Positions 16,634-27,965 of a DNA stretch of 64,000 nt are shown piece by piece (the stretch's first letter is position 1; each line of letters begins with the position of its first letter). This stretch comes from Alphaproteobacteria bacterium. GTDB taxonomy: Bacteria; Pseudomonadota; Alphaproteobacteria; UBA828. Where the stretch lies: the NCBI GenBank assembly GCA_965221125.1, contig CBDCRW010000006.1:224001-288000 (forward strand), written 5' to 3'. The notes below the pieces were generated by a model. That model worked only from the letters and a program-made list of their open reading frames with translations. It did not search any database and had not been told where the DNA came from. A program made the translations under genes and the position numbers.

Positions 16634-17907
16634 CAGATGGTTCGACCGGCCGTTCCGCCAGGGGCCCGCGCGTGGTCATCGTCGGCGGTTCGATGGGGGG
16701 CCTGCTCGCCGGCAGCATGCTGCACCGCGCCGGCTGCGACGTGACGGTGCACGAGCGGATCGGCACCGAGCTCGCCGAGCGCGGCGTCGGCATCGCGACG
16801 CACCCCGGCCTCCATGCCGCGCTGGAGACCCTGGGTCTCTCCATCGACGAGGCGCACGGCGCCAGGCTCGAGGAGCGCATCACGCTCGGGACCGACGGGA
16901 GCATCCTCGCGCGCTACCACTTGCCGCAGATCCAGGCGTCCTGGGGGCACCTCTTCGGTCTGCTGCGCAGCAACTTCCCGGACGAGCGCTACATCGCCGG
17001 CGCCAACTTCACGCGCTTCGAGCCGCACGGCGGGGGCGTGCTCGCGCACTTCGCGGACGGCGGCAGCGTCGAGGCCGACCTTCTGGTCGGCGCCGACGGC
17101 GTGCGCTCCACCGTTCGCCCCCAGCTCTGGCCGGATGCGGTGCCCCGGTTCGCGGGCTACGTCGCGTGGCGCGGCATCGTCGACGAGAACCGGCTCTCGG
17201 CAGCGTGGCGCGACATGCTGATGTCGCACTTCATCGTCTGCCTGCCGCCGGGCGAGCACGTCGTGGGCTACCCGGTCGCCGGGCCGGACGGCGATCTGCG
17301 CCCCGGCAGGCGCCGCTTCAACATCGTCTGGTACAGGCTGACCACGGCGGAGACGTTGCGGCGGATGCAGACCGATGCGTCCGGCAACTATCACGAGGCG
17401 GGAATCGCGCCCGATCTGATCGGCAGCGCATGGATCGACGAGGTCCGGCAGGTCGCGGAGGACCGCCTGCCGCCCTCGCTCGCGGAGCCGATGACCCTCG
17501 CGGAGGGGCTCTTCTTCCAGACCATCGTGGACCTGGAGGTGCCGCAGATGGTCCAGGGGCGCGTGGCCATGCTGGGCGACGCGGCGTTCTCCGCCCGGCC
17601 CCACACCGGCATGGGCGTCGTCAAGGCGACCGGAGATGCGGTCTTTCTCGCCGATGCCATCGAGGCCCACCCCGGCGATCTTTCGCGCGCGCTCCAGGCC
17701 TACGACGAGGAGCGGACCCGCTACGGCCGCTCTCTGGTCCGCTTCGGCCGCCAGCTGGGTACGCACATCGAGACTCCGGGGCGGAGCGCCGAAGACCGTG
17801 CGCTCGGCGACTACCTGCGCCAGCCGCAGAACGTCATCCAGGCCATCTCGATCCCGCCGCCGTGCTCGCCGCTCAAGGTGTTCAGGGAGGACGCCCACCC
17901 CGGATAA
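16630..17907 (+). CDS. FAD-dependent monooxygenase (2,6-dihydroxypyridine hydroxylase-like)
   Basis: VIVGGSMGGL, GADGVRS, YVAWRG, GDAAFSARPHTGMG. Confidence 0.88.
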   Translation: MTDGSTGRSARGPRVVIVGGSMGGLLAGSMLHRAGCDVTVHERIGTELAERGVGIATHPGLHAALETLGLSIDEAHGARLEERITLGTDGSILARYHLPQIQASWGHLFGLLRSNFPDERYIAGANFTRFEPHGGGVLAHFADGGSVEADLLVGADGVRSTVRPQLWPDAVPRFAGYVAWRGIVDENRLSAAWRDMLMSHFIVCLPPGEHVVGYPVAGPDGDLRPGRRRFNIVWYRLTTAETLRRMQTDASGNYHEAGIAPDLIGSAWIDEVRQVAEDRLPPSLAEPMTLAEGLFFQTIVDLEVPQMVQGRVAMLGDAAFSARPHTGMGVVKATGDAVFLADAIEAHPGDLSRALQAYDEERTRYGRSLVRFGRQLGTHIETPGRSAEDRALGDYLRQPQNVIQAISIPPPCSPLKVFREDAHPG

Positions 17908-18022
17908 CCCCTTCGCATCGGGCCGGACCGTTGCCGCGCGTCATCCGCCGCCCTAGCCTGACTCAACTCAAGACCCGGCTTCTCGTCAGACGTGGGAAGT
18001 CGCGGCGAAGCGGAGGCTGAAG

Positions 18023-18475
18023 ATGGAAGCGCAATGCGAGCAGGAGGTGCGGGGCTTCCACGCCTTTCTGCGGGACTGGCTGGCCGGCGCCGTGCCGCGG
18101 AGCGCAGAGACCTTCGCCCGGTTCTCCGGCGCGATGGATGCGGGTGTCGAGGTCATCGGCCCGCGCGGCACCGTGACCGGGCGCGCGGCGCTGGTCGACG
18201 AGTTCGAGGGATTGCACGGGCAGCTCGCCGCCGACGCCGATGCCTTCGAAATCTGGATCGAGAATTTCCGCTGCCGCTGGGCGGCGGGGGATCATGCGCT
18301 GGTGACCTACGAGGAATGGCACCGGCGCCAGGGTGCTGAGTCCGCGCGCCTCTCCTCCGCACTCTTTCGTCACGAGGCGGCGGCGCCCTGCGGCGTGGCG
18401 TGGCTGCACGTCCACGAGACCTGGTTGCCGGGCCTCGCGCCGGAGGGCGGCGAGCGCTTACCGGAAACCTCGTAG
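18023..18475 (+). CDS. DUF4440/NTF2-like protein
   Basis: LVTYEEW...RLSSALF...WLHVHETW. Confidence 0.75.
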   Translation: MEAQCEQEVRGFHAFLRDWLAGAVPRSAETFARFSGAMDAGVEVIGPRGTVTGRAALVDEFEGLHGQLAADADAFEIWIENFRCRWAAGDHALVTYEEWHRRQGAESARLSSALFRHEAAAPCGVAWLHVHETWLPGLAPEGGERLPETS

Positions 18476-18637
18476 GCGCCCGCGAGAGCGTCGCAGGTCA
18501 TGCACCCGCCGACTGCTCAGCCTCCGTCCCCGGCCGGCACCGTGCCTCTCGAAGCGATCCACACGCGCGAGCGCCAGTTCACCCGCATCTTCACGACCAT
18601 GTACGGCCAGAAGCACCGCGCCCGGACGCGGCTGCCG

Positions 18638-19618
18638 GTGAAGACGCAGGCCGTCAGGATGCACGAGGCCGGCGGGCCGGAGGTGCTGCGCGTGGACGAC
18701 ATCCGGGTGCCGGACCCCGGCGCCACCGAGGTGCGGGTCGCGCAGAAAGCGGTCGGGCTCAACTTCCTCGACACCTACCAGCGTCGCGGCCTCTTCCCCT
18801 CGCCGGGGCTGCCCTGGGTCGTGGGCTTCGAGGGCGCGGGCGTCGTGGAGGCGGTGGGCGGGGCGGTGACGGCGTTCAGGGAGGGCGGCCGCGTCGCCTA
18901 CGCGAGCGCACTGCCCGGTGCCTACGCGGGGCTCCGCGCCATCGCGGCGGACGCGCTGGTCAAGCTGCCCGATGCCGTCGGCTTCGAGCAGGCCGCGGCC
19001 GCCATGCTCAAGGGAATGACGGCGGAATACCTGGTGCACAAGAGCGGCAAGGTGCAGCCGGGCGATGCCGTGCTGGTGCATGCGGCGGCGGGCGGCACCG
19101 GCCTGCTGCTCTGCCAGTGGCTCGCCCATCTCGGCGCGGTGGTCATCGGCTGCGCCGGCAGCGACGAGAAGCGCGCGCTTGCCGAGGCCCACGGCTGCCG
19201 CCACGCCATCGACTACCGGCGGGAGGACGTTGCCGCCGGCGTCGCCGAGATCACCGGCGGCGAGGGCCTCGCCGTGGTCTACGATTCCGTCGGCCGCGAC
19301 ACTGCCGAGGCTTCCGTCGTCTGCCTGCGCCCCGGCGGCACGCTGGTGCTTTACGGCAGCTCGTCGGGCGCCGTGCCGCAAAGCGTGCTGTCAGCGGCGG
19401 CTGAGAAGTCCATCGAAATCGTGCGCCCCGGCCTCTTCCAGGAGAACGCCACGCCGGCCGCGCTCCAGGCCCGCGCCAGTGCGCTCTTCGAGGTGTTGGA
19501 GAGCGGGGCGGTCGCTCCCCTGATCGGTCGCCGCTACGCGCTCGCCGATGCGGCGGAGGCGCACCGCGACCTGGAGGCGAGGCGCACGAGCGGGCAAAGC
19601 ATCCTGATCCCCGGCTGA
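18638..19618 (+). CDS. qor: NADPH:quinone oxidoreductase (MDR family)
   Basis: GGPEVL, GLNFLD, GFEGAG, LVHAAAGGTG, VYDSVG. Confidence 0.88.
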   Translation: MKTQAVRMHEAGGPEVLRVDDIRVPDPGATEVRVAQKAVGLNFLDTYQRRGLFPSPGLPWVVGFEGAGVVEAVGGAVTAFREGGRVAYASALPGAYAGLRAIAADALVKLPDAVGFEQAAAAMLKGMTAEYLVHKSGKVQPGDAVLVHAAAGGTGLLLCQWLAHLGAVVIGCAGSDEKRALAEAHGCRHAIDYRREDVAAGVAEITGGEGLAVVYDSVGRDTAEASVVCLRPGGTLVLYGSSSGAVPQSVLSAAAEKSIEIVRPGLFQENATPAALQARASALFEVLESGAVAPLIGRRYALADAAEAHRDLEARRTSGQSILIPG

Positions 19619-19700
19619 CGTCGGGGTGCGTTGAGAGAACCGGACATATGCACTATCACGGGGCCGCACTCACACCATCGCGCGGGCACGGGAGCCATAC

Positions 19701-20459
19701 ATGAGCAAGCCGACAGTCATGATCACCGGCGCCGGAATCGGCATCGGCGAGGCGACGGCCCTGGCCTTCGGCCGGGCCGGCTATCACGTCTACGTCACCG
19801 ACGTGCTCGACGCGGAAGGGCAGGGGACCGTGGCCGCCATCGAGGCGGCCGGCGGCAGCGCGAGCTTCAGCCATGTGGACGTGACCGACACGGCCAACGT
19901 CGATGCCGCCGTCGCGGCGGCGGAAGCCGCCACCGGCCCGCTCGACGCCGCGATCGCCAACGCCGGCATCGCCCACAAGGTGCTGTTCGCGGAGATGAGC
20001 GACGAGAAGTGGGACCACACGCTCGACGTGGACCTCACGGGCGTGTTCCGCCTGCTGCGCGCCGCAGCGCCCGCGATGCGCGAGGCGGGGCGGGGCGCGA
20101 TGGTCGCCGTCTCCTCGGTCATGGGCACGACCTGGGGCTGGCACGACCACGTGCAGTACAACGCGGCCAAGTCCGGCGTGGTGGGGCTGGTGCGCGGCCT
20201 CGCCTGCGATCTCGGCGGCGACGGCATCCGCGTGAACGGCATCGCGCCCGGCTTCATCAAGACCGCGCAGGCGCTCTCGACCGAGCACTCGCTCGGCCTG
20301 CCCGGGCTGGAGGCGGCCGCCGAGTACATCCCCCTCGGCCGCTACGGCGAGGCCGACGACATCGCCGACGTGATCCTCTTCCTCTGTTCCGACGGCGCAC
20401 GCTACGTGAGCGGCCAGACCATCATCGTCGACGGCGGGGTGACGGTCGGGCGCTATTAG
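19701..20459 (+). CDS. Short-chain dehydrogenase/reductase
   Basis: TGAGIGIG, NAG, YNAAK, VDGG. Confidence 0.92.
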   Translation: MSKPTVMITGAGIGIGEATALAFGRAGYHVYVTDVLDAEGQGTVAAIEAAGGSASFSHVDVTDTANVDAAVAAAEAATGPLDAAIANAGIAHKVLFAEMSDEKWDHTLDVDLTGVFRLLRAAAPAMREAGRGAMVAVSSVMGTTWGWHDHVQYNAAKSGVVGLVRGLACDLGGDGIRVNGIAPGFIKTAQALSTEHSLGLPGLEAAAEYIPLGRYGEADDIADVILFLCSDGARYVSGQTIIVDGGVTVGRY

Positions 20460-20611
20460 GAGAGGCGGCGGGCAACAGAGCACCGATCGGCCGCACAGCA
20501 TCCACCCGACATGCCGGCCAGTTCAGTCATCGCGACGACGCGGCTTGCCAAAGGGCAGCCGACACTGTTTCACTCCGGCGCACAGGCGTCATCCGACCAA
20601 GGGAGAAGCAA

Positions 20612-22102
20612 ATGAACATCAGGAAGCTTTGCAAGAGCGCCGTTCTGGCGCCGATCGCGGGCGTTGCCGCGCTGGGGCTCGTCGCCGGCGGGGCGCAGGC
20701 TGCGGGCGAGTTCGAAGGCGTGGAGGTCAACATCATGACCTTCACCGGGCCGCAGATCGCCGAGCCGCTGCAGCGCCGCGCGCCGGACTTCAACGCCATG
20801 ACCGGCGCGCAGATCAACATCGTGACCGTCCCGTTCTCCGACCTCTACAGCAAGGTGCTGACGGACTGGGCATCGGGCACCAACTCCATTGACGCCGCGG
20901 TGTTTGCGCCGCAGTGGGGGGTCGACTACATCGTGCCCGGCTACATGGAGAACCTGAGCGCGCGCGTTGCGGCGGACGAGAATCTCCAGGAGGACGACAT
21001 CGCGCCCTTCTTCCGCGAGTTCTCGCAGAAGTTCGCCGGCGACACCTACATGCTCACCCTCGATGGCGACTTCCAGATGGTCTACTACCGCTCCGACGTG
21101 TTCGCCGATGCGGGCATCGCGACGCCCGAGACTTGGCAGGACTACGTCGCTGCGGCCGAGGCCGTTCACGGCCAGGACATGAACGGTGACGGCGCGCCCG
21201 ACTACGGCTCCTGCATCTCCAAGAAGCGCAGCGCGCAGGCCTACTGGATGATCCTCTCGATTGCCGGCGGGTACCTGCAGTCCCAGGGGACCTCGCAGGG
21301 CATCTTCTTCGACACCGACACCATGGCGCCGCTGGTCAACAACGAGGCGTTCTCCGCAGCGCTCGACATCTACACGGCAACGACAGCCTTCGGGCCGCCG
21401 GACGAGATCAACCTCGACGTCGGCGACACGCGCAGCCTCTTCACCTCCGGCCGCTGCGCGCTGACCATCGACTGGGGCGACATCGGCACGCTCGCCATCG
21501 ACCCGGAGACCTCGCAGGTGATCGACAAGGTCGGCTCCATCATGCTTCCCGGTTCCACGGAGGTCCTCGACCGCGCCACCGGCAAGCTCGTGCCGTGCGA
21601 TGCGGAGACCTGCCCCTACGCCATCAACGGGGTCAACCGTGCACCCTTCGCTGCCTTCGGCGGCTGGTCCGGCGGCATCAACGCCAAGGTCGACGACAGG
21701 GTGAAGGATGCGGCCTACGCCTTCTTCTCCCACATGTCGCAGCCGGCGCAGTCCAACGAGGACGTGACCATCGGCATCACCGGCTTCAACCCGTATCGCC
21801 TCTCGCAGTTCGGCGATCTGTCTCTCTGGGTGAAGGCGGGGATGAGCGAGGCCGCGGCAAAGGACTATCTCGGCGCGATCCAGGCCAGCCTGAACAGCCC
21901 GAACATGGTGCTGGATCTGCGTATCCCGCAGAACCAGGCCTATCAGCAGGTGGTGCTCGACAACGCCATCTCCCGGCTCGCCGCAGGCGAGATCGACAAG
22001 GCGCAGGCGATGCAGGCCATCGAAGACGGCTGGAACGAGCTGAACGAAGAGAACGGCGTCGAGGACCAGCTCGAGGCCTACCGCGCGACGCTCGGCCTCT
22101 AG
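20612..22102 (+). CDS. Carbohydrate (CUT1) ABC transporter substrate-binding protein
   Basis: Signal peptide, GGGAG RBS, DGDFQMVYYRSD, PETW; heads the permease operon. Confidence 0.9.
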   Translation: MNIRKLCKSAVLAPIAGVAALGLVAGGAQAAGEFEGVEVNIMTFTGPQIAEPLQRRAPDFNAMTGAQINIVTVPFSDLYSKVLTDWASGTNSIDAAVFAPQWGVDYIVPGYMENLSARVAADENLQEDDIAPFFREFSQKFAGDTYMLTLDGDFQMVYYRSDVFADAGIATPETWQDYVAAAEAVHGQDMNGDGAPDYGSCISKKRSAQAYWMILSIAGGYLQSQGTSQGIFFDTDTMAPLVNNEAFSAALDIYTATTAFGPPDEINLDVGDTRSLFTSGRCALTIDWGDIGTLAIDPETSQVIDKVGSIMLPGSTEVLDRATGKLVPCDAETCPYAINGVNRAPFAAFGGWSGGINAKVDDRVKDAAYAFFSHMSQPAQSNEDVTIGITGFNPYRLSQFGDLSLWVKAGMSEAAAKDYLGAIQASLNSPNMVLDLRIPQNQAYQQVVLDNAISRLAAGEIDKAQAMQAIEDGWNELNEENGVEDQLEAYRATLGL

Positions 22103-22185
22103 GCTGAACGCTCCGGCTCCGGCACGCGCCTCGACTCCCGAGCGCGCGCGCCGGAGCCGCTTCTTCGCTCCGAGGTACCCCCGCC

Positions 22186-23310
22186 TTGGCCTATCTGGAG
22201 GCCCGTGACCGTCGCGACCGGGTCGCCGAGTGGGTCGACCGCAATGCCGGCAAGGTGTTCATCCTGCCGGCAGTGCTCACGCTGCTGGCGTTTTCGCTGT
22301 TTCCGCTGCTGGTCTCGGCTTACCTCACGCTCACCAAGCTGAAGTTCGCTGCCGGCGGCTTCAAGCTCAGATTCGTCGAGTGGCTGAACTTCAAGAAGCT
22401 GATCTTCGGGTCCCAGCAATACCACCTGCTGGGGACGTTCGATCCGCTCGGCGCGATCGAGTGGCTGATCATCGGCGTGATCTATGCGCTGCTGCTCTAC
22501 TTCTACGTCCGTTATCTGATTCGGCCGGGGGCGACGGTCGTCGGCGTCGTCGGGCGCTCCGTCGCCATGCTCGTCGCGGGTGCGCTGACCATACTCCTGG
22601 TGTTGACGCTGGGCGGCGGCTTCCCCGGCTCGCTGGTGGTCACCCTCTTCTACGTGTTCGTCGGCGTCTCCGTGCAATTCGGGCTGGCGCTCGGCCTCGC
22701 CGTCCTCTGCTCGCAGAACATCTACGGACGCAACCTGTTCCGCGTGGTCTTCTTCCTGCCGATCATGGTGACGCCCGTCGGCATCGCCTACATGTTCCGC
22801 ATGCTCGCCGATACCCACAAGGGGCCGTTCGCCGATATCTGGGTCTCGCTCGGGCTCGCGGATTTCGCCTGGGCGTCGGACCCGTGGACCGCGCGGATCG
22901 TGGTGCTCATCGGCGATACCTGGCAATGGACGCCCTTCATGTTCATCGTCATGCTCGCCGCCATCGAGAACCAGCCGCGCGATCAGCTTGAGGCCGCGCG
23001 CATCGACGGCGCCGGCGGCTGGCAGATATTCCGCGACATCACGTGGCCCGCGATCGCGCCGGTGGCCGCGACCATCGTCCTGATCCGCCTGATCGAGGCC
23101 TTCAAGATCATCGATCTGCCCAACGTGCTCACCAGCGGCGGGCCGGGCATCGCCACCGAATCCCTCACCCTTCACGCCTTCGTCGCCTGGCGCACGCAGG
23201 ATCTCGGCGGCTCGGCGGCGGTGGGCTACATGCTGCTGTTCGTGGCGACGGTGACCTGCCTCTCGTTCTTCAACTTCGCGGGCCGACGGACCCGCAGGGG
23301 CGAGCCGTGA
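22186..23310 (+). CDS. Sugar ABC transporter permease
   Basis: WQWTPF, EAARIDGA loop. Confidence 0.92.
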   Translation: MAYLEARDRRDRVAEWVDRNAGKVFILPAVLTLLAFSLFPLLVSAYLTLTKLKFAAGGFKLRFVEWLNFKKLIFGSQQYHLLGTFDPLGAIEWLIIGVIYALLLYFYVRYLIRPGATVVGVVGRSVAMLVAGALTILLVLTLGGGFPGSLVVTLFYVFVGVSVQFGLALGLAVLCSQNIYGRNLFRVVFFLPIMVTPVGIAYMFRMLADTHKGPFADIWVSLGLADFAWASDPWTARIVVLIGDTWQWTPFMFIVMLAAIENQPRDQLEAARIDGAGGWQIFRDITWPAIAPVAATIVLIRLIEAFKIIDLPNVLTSGGPGIATESLTLHAFVAWRTQDLGGSAAVGYMLLFVATVTCLSFFNFAGRRTRRGEP

Positions 23311-24359
23311 ACGGTCCCCGGCGCTCCCTGCTGCGGCGTCTCTTCGAGCCGTACGACCTCACCTCGATGGCGCCGGCCACCAAGGTGCTCGTCTACACGC
23401 TGCTTGTCTTCTGGCTGCTGGTGGTGCTGTTCCCGCTCTACTGGCTCTTCATCACGTCGTTCAAGCTGCCGGTCCAGGTCAACGACGGACCCGACTTCAT
23501 TCCCTTCATCGACTTCGAGCCCTCGCTTCATGCCTGGCGCTACATCTTCTTCGATCTCGGCAACGACACGTTCAGGCCCTATCTCAACTCGGTCATCGTC
23601 GCCTTCTGCGCCACGGCGGTCTGCGTGCTCATCGGCTCGTTCGCGGCCTACGCGCTGGTGCGGATTCAGTACCGGGTCAAGGTCGGCAACGTCCTCGCCT
23701 TCCTGGTCCTTCTGGGACTCACGGTCTTCACGGTCACGAGCCTCGGCGCGCCGCTGTTCGCCGCCGCGCCGGTGGCGATCGTCCTCTTCGTCTTCTTCGT
23801 GGCCGCCGTCGGGCGCTACTTCAAGCGGGCGCTCGGCAACGACGACATCCTGTTCTGGATCATCTCCAACCGCATCCTGCCGCCGGTGGTGGTCGTGCTC
23901 CCCGTCTACCTGATGTTCCAGCGCATCGGGCTCCTGGACACGCATATCGCGCTGATCGCCACCTACACCGCCATCAACCTGCCAATCGTGGTGTGGCTGA
24001 TGCGCGACTTCTTCGCCGGCATTCCGCTGGACCTGGAGGAGAGTGCACAGATTGACGGCGCCTCGCGCCTTCGCATCTTCTTCACGATCGTGCTGCCGCT
24101 CGCGCGGCCGGGCCTGGCGGCGACGTCCCTGCTCATCCTCATCCTGGCCTGGAACGAGTACCTGCTCGCGCTCTTCATCTCGACCGCGGACGCGCAGACC
24201 ATGCCGATGCTCGTGGCGGCGCAGAATGCGACGCGCGGGCCGCAGTGGTGGTACATGTCCGTGCTGATCGTCATCATGATCGCGCCCATCGTGCTCACGG
24301 CCGCGCTGCTGCAGCGGCACATCGCGCGCGGGCTGCTGATCGGCGCGATCAAGGGCTGA
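23307..24359 (+). CDS. Sugar ABC transporter permease
   Basis: EESAQIDGA, AWNEYL; GTGA overlap. Confidence 0.92.
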   Translation: MNGPRRSLLRRLFEPYDLTSMAPATKVLVYTLLVFWLLVVLFPLYWLFITSFKLPVQVNDGPDFIPFIDFEPSLHAWRYIFFDLGNDTFRPYLNSVIVAFCATAVCVLIGSFAAYALVRIQYRVKVGNVLAFLVLLGLTVFTVTSLGAPLFAAAPVAIVLFVFFVAAVGRYFKRALGNDDILFWIISNRILPPVVVVLPVYLMFQRIGLLDTHIALIATYTAINLPIVVWLMRDFFAGIPLDLEESAQIDGASRLRIFFTIVLPLARPGLAATSLLILILAWNEYLLALFISTADAQTMPMLVAAQNATRGPQWWYMSVLIVIMIAPIVLTAALLQRHIARGLLIGAIKG

Positions 24360-24377
24360 GGGACCGGAGACACGACG

Positions 24378-25430
<1,053 letters not shown>

Positions 25431-25470
25431 CTCGCAGCGAGTCCTGTTTGGCTCGGACCGCTACCGTGCC

Positions 25471-26355
25471 TCACGAATCTGTGTCGCTCGGCGTTCCGTG
25501 GCGGGCCTGCTGGTCGAAGAACGAGGCGCCTGTCGGCAGCTGCGGCAGCTCGACTTCGCAGTCGATGGAGCGGACGCGCCCGGTGCGCTCGCCGCGAACG
25601 AGGCGACCCTCGTGGAGGCTCGGCACCGGGTTGGGGGAGAGCGCGACCGCGTCCTCCGCGCTGTAGACCGAAATGTGCAGCGTCCGGGGCCGCGCGGAGC
25701 GGTTGGCGGCGGAGCCGTGCAGCAGGCGCGTGTGCATCAGGCAGACCGACCCCGCCGGCCCGGTGCAGGTCTCGGCGGACGGCAGGGCCGCTGCGGCCAC
25801 CTCGTCCGCCACCGCGCCCGTGAACACGCCCCCGTGCCAGAGGCTGTGGATGGGCCCCCGGTGCGAGCCGGCGAGAACCTGCAGCGGCCCGTTCTCCTCG
25901 GTGACCTCGTCGACCATCAAGAGCGCCGTGACGACATCGTCGTTGCTGTGCGGCGTGAACGAAAAGTCCTGGTGCCACTTCACTGCCGTGTTCGCGCCCG
26001 GGAGCTTGGAGTTGATCTTGGTGTGGTGCAGCTTCACGTTCGGCCCGATGATGTCGGCGACGCAGTCGGCCATGCGGCTCTCCACCGTCGCCGCCAGATA
26101 GGCCTCGGAGACCTCCACCGGCGCGTTGACCCGGCGAAGGCAGGGCGTCTCGGCGCTGTGGCCGGGCTCCAGGTCGAAGCGCGGGCGGCCGTCGACGGTA
26201 TCGCCCCAGGCGGCGTCGTGAGCGCGGCTCTCCTCCGCCCAGGCGTCGAACTCCTGCTTCAGCCGCGAGAGCAGGGCGCCGTCCACCGCGTCGTCTACCA
26301 TCAGATAGCCGTTCTCGCGGAAGAATTCGCACTGGTCGGGGCGAAGCTCGGGCAT
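25471..26355 (-). CDS. PhyH-family Fe(II)/2OG dioxygenase
   Basis: WHQD, ENGPLQVLAGSH, LLHGSAAN. Confidence 0.9.
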   Translation of the reverse strand: MPELRPDQCEFFRENGYLMVDDAVDGALLSRLKQEFDAWAEESRAHDAAWGDTVDGRPRFDLEPGHSAETPCLRRVNAPVEVSEAYLAATVESRMADCVADIIGPNVKLHHTKINSKLPGANTAVKWHQDFSFTPHSNDDVVTALLMVDEVTEENGPLQVLAGSHRGPIHSLWHGGVFTGAVADEVAAAALPSAETCTGPAGSVCLMHTRLLHGSAANRSARPRTLHISVYSAEDAVALSPNPVPSLHEGRLVRGERTGRVRSIDCEVELPQLPTGASFFDQQARHGTPSDTDS

Positions 26356-26369
26356 CGGCGCTCCGGCGT

Positions 26370-26978
26370 TCAGCCGCGGGCGGCGTCCGGTCCGAGCAGC
26401 GCGGCGCGGAAGCGGTCCCTGAGATAGGCGCCGTCGCGGGGCGGGAGGACGCGGGGGAGCGGCCTGGCCTCGACCTTGACCGTGAGGAAGGTCGGCCCCG
26501 GCACCGCGTGCACCAGCGGCAGCGCGGCGCGGAGGCCGGCCTCGTCCGCCACCTGCCGGGTCTCGGCGAAGCCGCAGGCTGCGGCGGCCGCGGCGAGATC
26601 GGTGCGGTGCGCGGTGTGGGTCAATTGCATCCCGGTCTCGCCGTGGCGCTCGTTGTCGAGGACGACCAGCGCTAGGTTGGCCGGCGCCTGCGTCGCGATT
26701 GTGGCGAGGCTGCCGAGGCCCATCAGCATGTCGCCGTCGCCGGTCAGCACCAGCACGCGGCGCGCGGGCTGCGCCAGCGCGAGGCCGAGGCCGATCATGG
26801 AGGCGTTGCCCATCGCGCCCCAGAGCGAGAAGTGCAGCGGGTTGTCGCCGAGCGCGGCGCAGTCCCAGGTCGCAGACCCCAGGCCGGGAACCACCAGCAG
26901 GCTTTCGTGGCCTTCGAGCAGGATTGCCACGGCCGTGCGCCGGTCGAGGCTCGTCTCGGGCTCTGCCCTGGGGGTCAT
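26370..26978 (-). CDS. TPP-binding subunit, sulfopyruvate/phosphonopyruvate decarboxylase beta-like
   Basis: WGAMG, TGDGDMLM...LDN, ETGMQ. Confidence 0.85.
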   Translation of the reverse strand: MTPRAEPETSLDRRTAVAILLEGHESLLVVPGLGSATWDCAALGDNPLHFSLWGAMGNASMIGLGLALAQPARRVLVLTGDGDMLMGLGSLATIATQAPANLALVVLDNERHGETGMQLTHTAHRTDLAAAAAACGFAETRQVADEAGLRAALPLVHAVPGPTFLTVKVEARPLPRVLPPRDGAYLRDRFRAALLGPDAARG

Positions 26979-27499
26979 TCGTCGAAGCTCTTCGCGCCGA
27001 TCACGCGCTGGCCGATGAGGACAGAGGTCGCGGCCCCGCTCTCGAAGGTGAGCGCTGCGGCGGCGGCGATGGTCTCGAACGCGTCGGCCTCGTCGTCCAC
27101 GCGGTAGACGGCCACGCCGCATTGTTCGAGGTGAGGCGCCGAGCCCAGGCCCATGGGCAGCTGCCACGGGTTGGTCTCGCCCCACTCGCCCCGCATGGTG
27201 ACGATCGAGAGGAAGGGGAAGCGGCAGGTGCGAATCAGCGAGAGCGCGGCGATGGTGTTGCCGACTCCGCTCGACTGCATGAGTAGCGCCGCGCGCTCGC
27301 CGCCGAGCCAGGCACCGGCGATGAGGGCCGGGCCCTCCTGCTCGTGGGCGAGCAGGACCGTGCGCATGGTCTCGTCCGCTTCGCACAGCCCGAGAAGCGC
27401 GGAGAGGCCGCCGTCGGGCACGTACGGGACCAGGCGCACCCCGGCGGCCCGCAGCGCCCGATGGGCGTAGGCGCCCCAGCCGGAGCTTGCGCCGCTCAC
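26975..27499 (-). CDS. Sulfopyruvate/phosphonopyruvate decarboxylase alpha-like subunit
   Basis: YVPD, EQEG, LLMQSSGVGN, MRGEWGETNPWQ; ATGA overlap with the beta subunit. Confidence 0.85.
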   Translation of the reverse strand: MSGASSGWGAYAHRALRAAGVRLVPYVPDGGLSALLGLCEADETMRTVLLAHEQEGPALIAGAWLGGERAALLMQSSGVGNTIAALSLIRTCRFPFLSIVTMRGEWGETNPWQLPMGLGSAPHLEQCGVAVYRVDDEADAFETIAAAAALTFESGAATSVLIGQRVIGAKSFDE

Positions 27500-27546
27500 C
27501 GGCGGTCCTGAACGCGCAGACTGTGCGGAGGTCGGGCGCGCGCGGC

Positions 27547-27867
27547 CTACTCGGCGCTGACCTGGCCCTTGGCCTCGTCCAGCAGGCGCTCCATCTGCGT
27601 GCGGATCAGGTGATCGTCGGCTTCGATGCCCTTCTCCGTCAGGTCGCCCAGCACCTTGCGGACGACATCCTCGTCGCCCGGCTCCTCGAAATCGGCCATG
27701 ACCACCTGCTTGGCGTAGGCTTGGGCATCGTCGCCCGCGATCCCCATCTTCTCCGCCGCCCACAGGCCGAGAAGCTTGTTGCGCCGGGCGATGACCTTGA
27801 ACTGAAACTCCTGATCGTGCTTGAACTTCGCCTCGGCGGCTTTCTTGCGGTCGTCAAACGTGTTCAT
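27547..27867 (-). CDS. DUF1476 protein (F1Fo ATPase inhibitor zeta subunit)
   Basis: MNTFDDRKKAAEAKFKHD...ARRNKLLGLWAAEKMG. Confidence 0.9.
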   Translation of the reverse strand: MNTFDDRKKAAEAKFKHDQEFQFKVIARRNKLLGLWAAEKMGIAGDDAQAYAKQVVMADFEEPGDEDVVRKVLGDLTEKGIEADDHLIRTQMERLLDEAKGQVSAE

Positions 27868-27965
27868 GCCCCAGGCTCCCAGCCGGTGATTGGACGCGCG
27901 CGCATTGTGCCAGAGCGGCCCGCGCCGGTCCACGGCGAGCGGCGCGCTCAGGGCGGGCAGGAGTT

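Noticed and set aside
19631-20611. Apparent long N-terminal extension of the sugar-binding protein
   Set aside because: Out-of-frame overlap with the SDR; RBS and signal peptide place the start at 20612.
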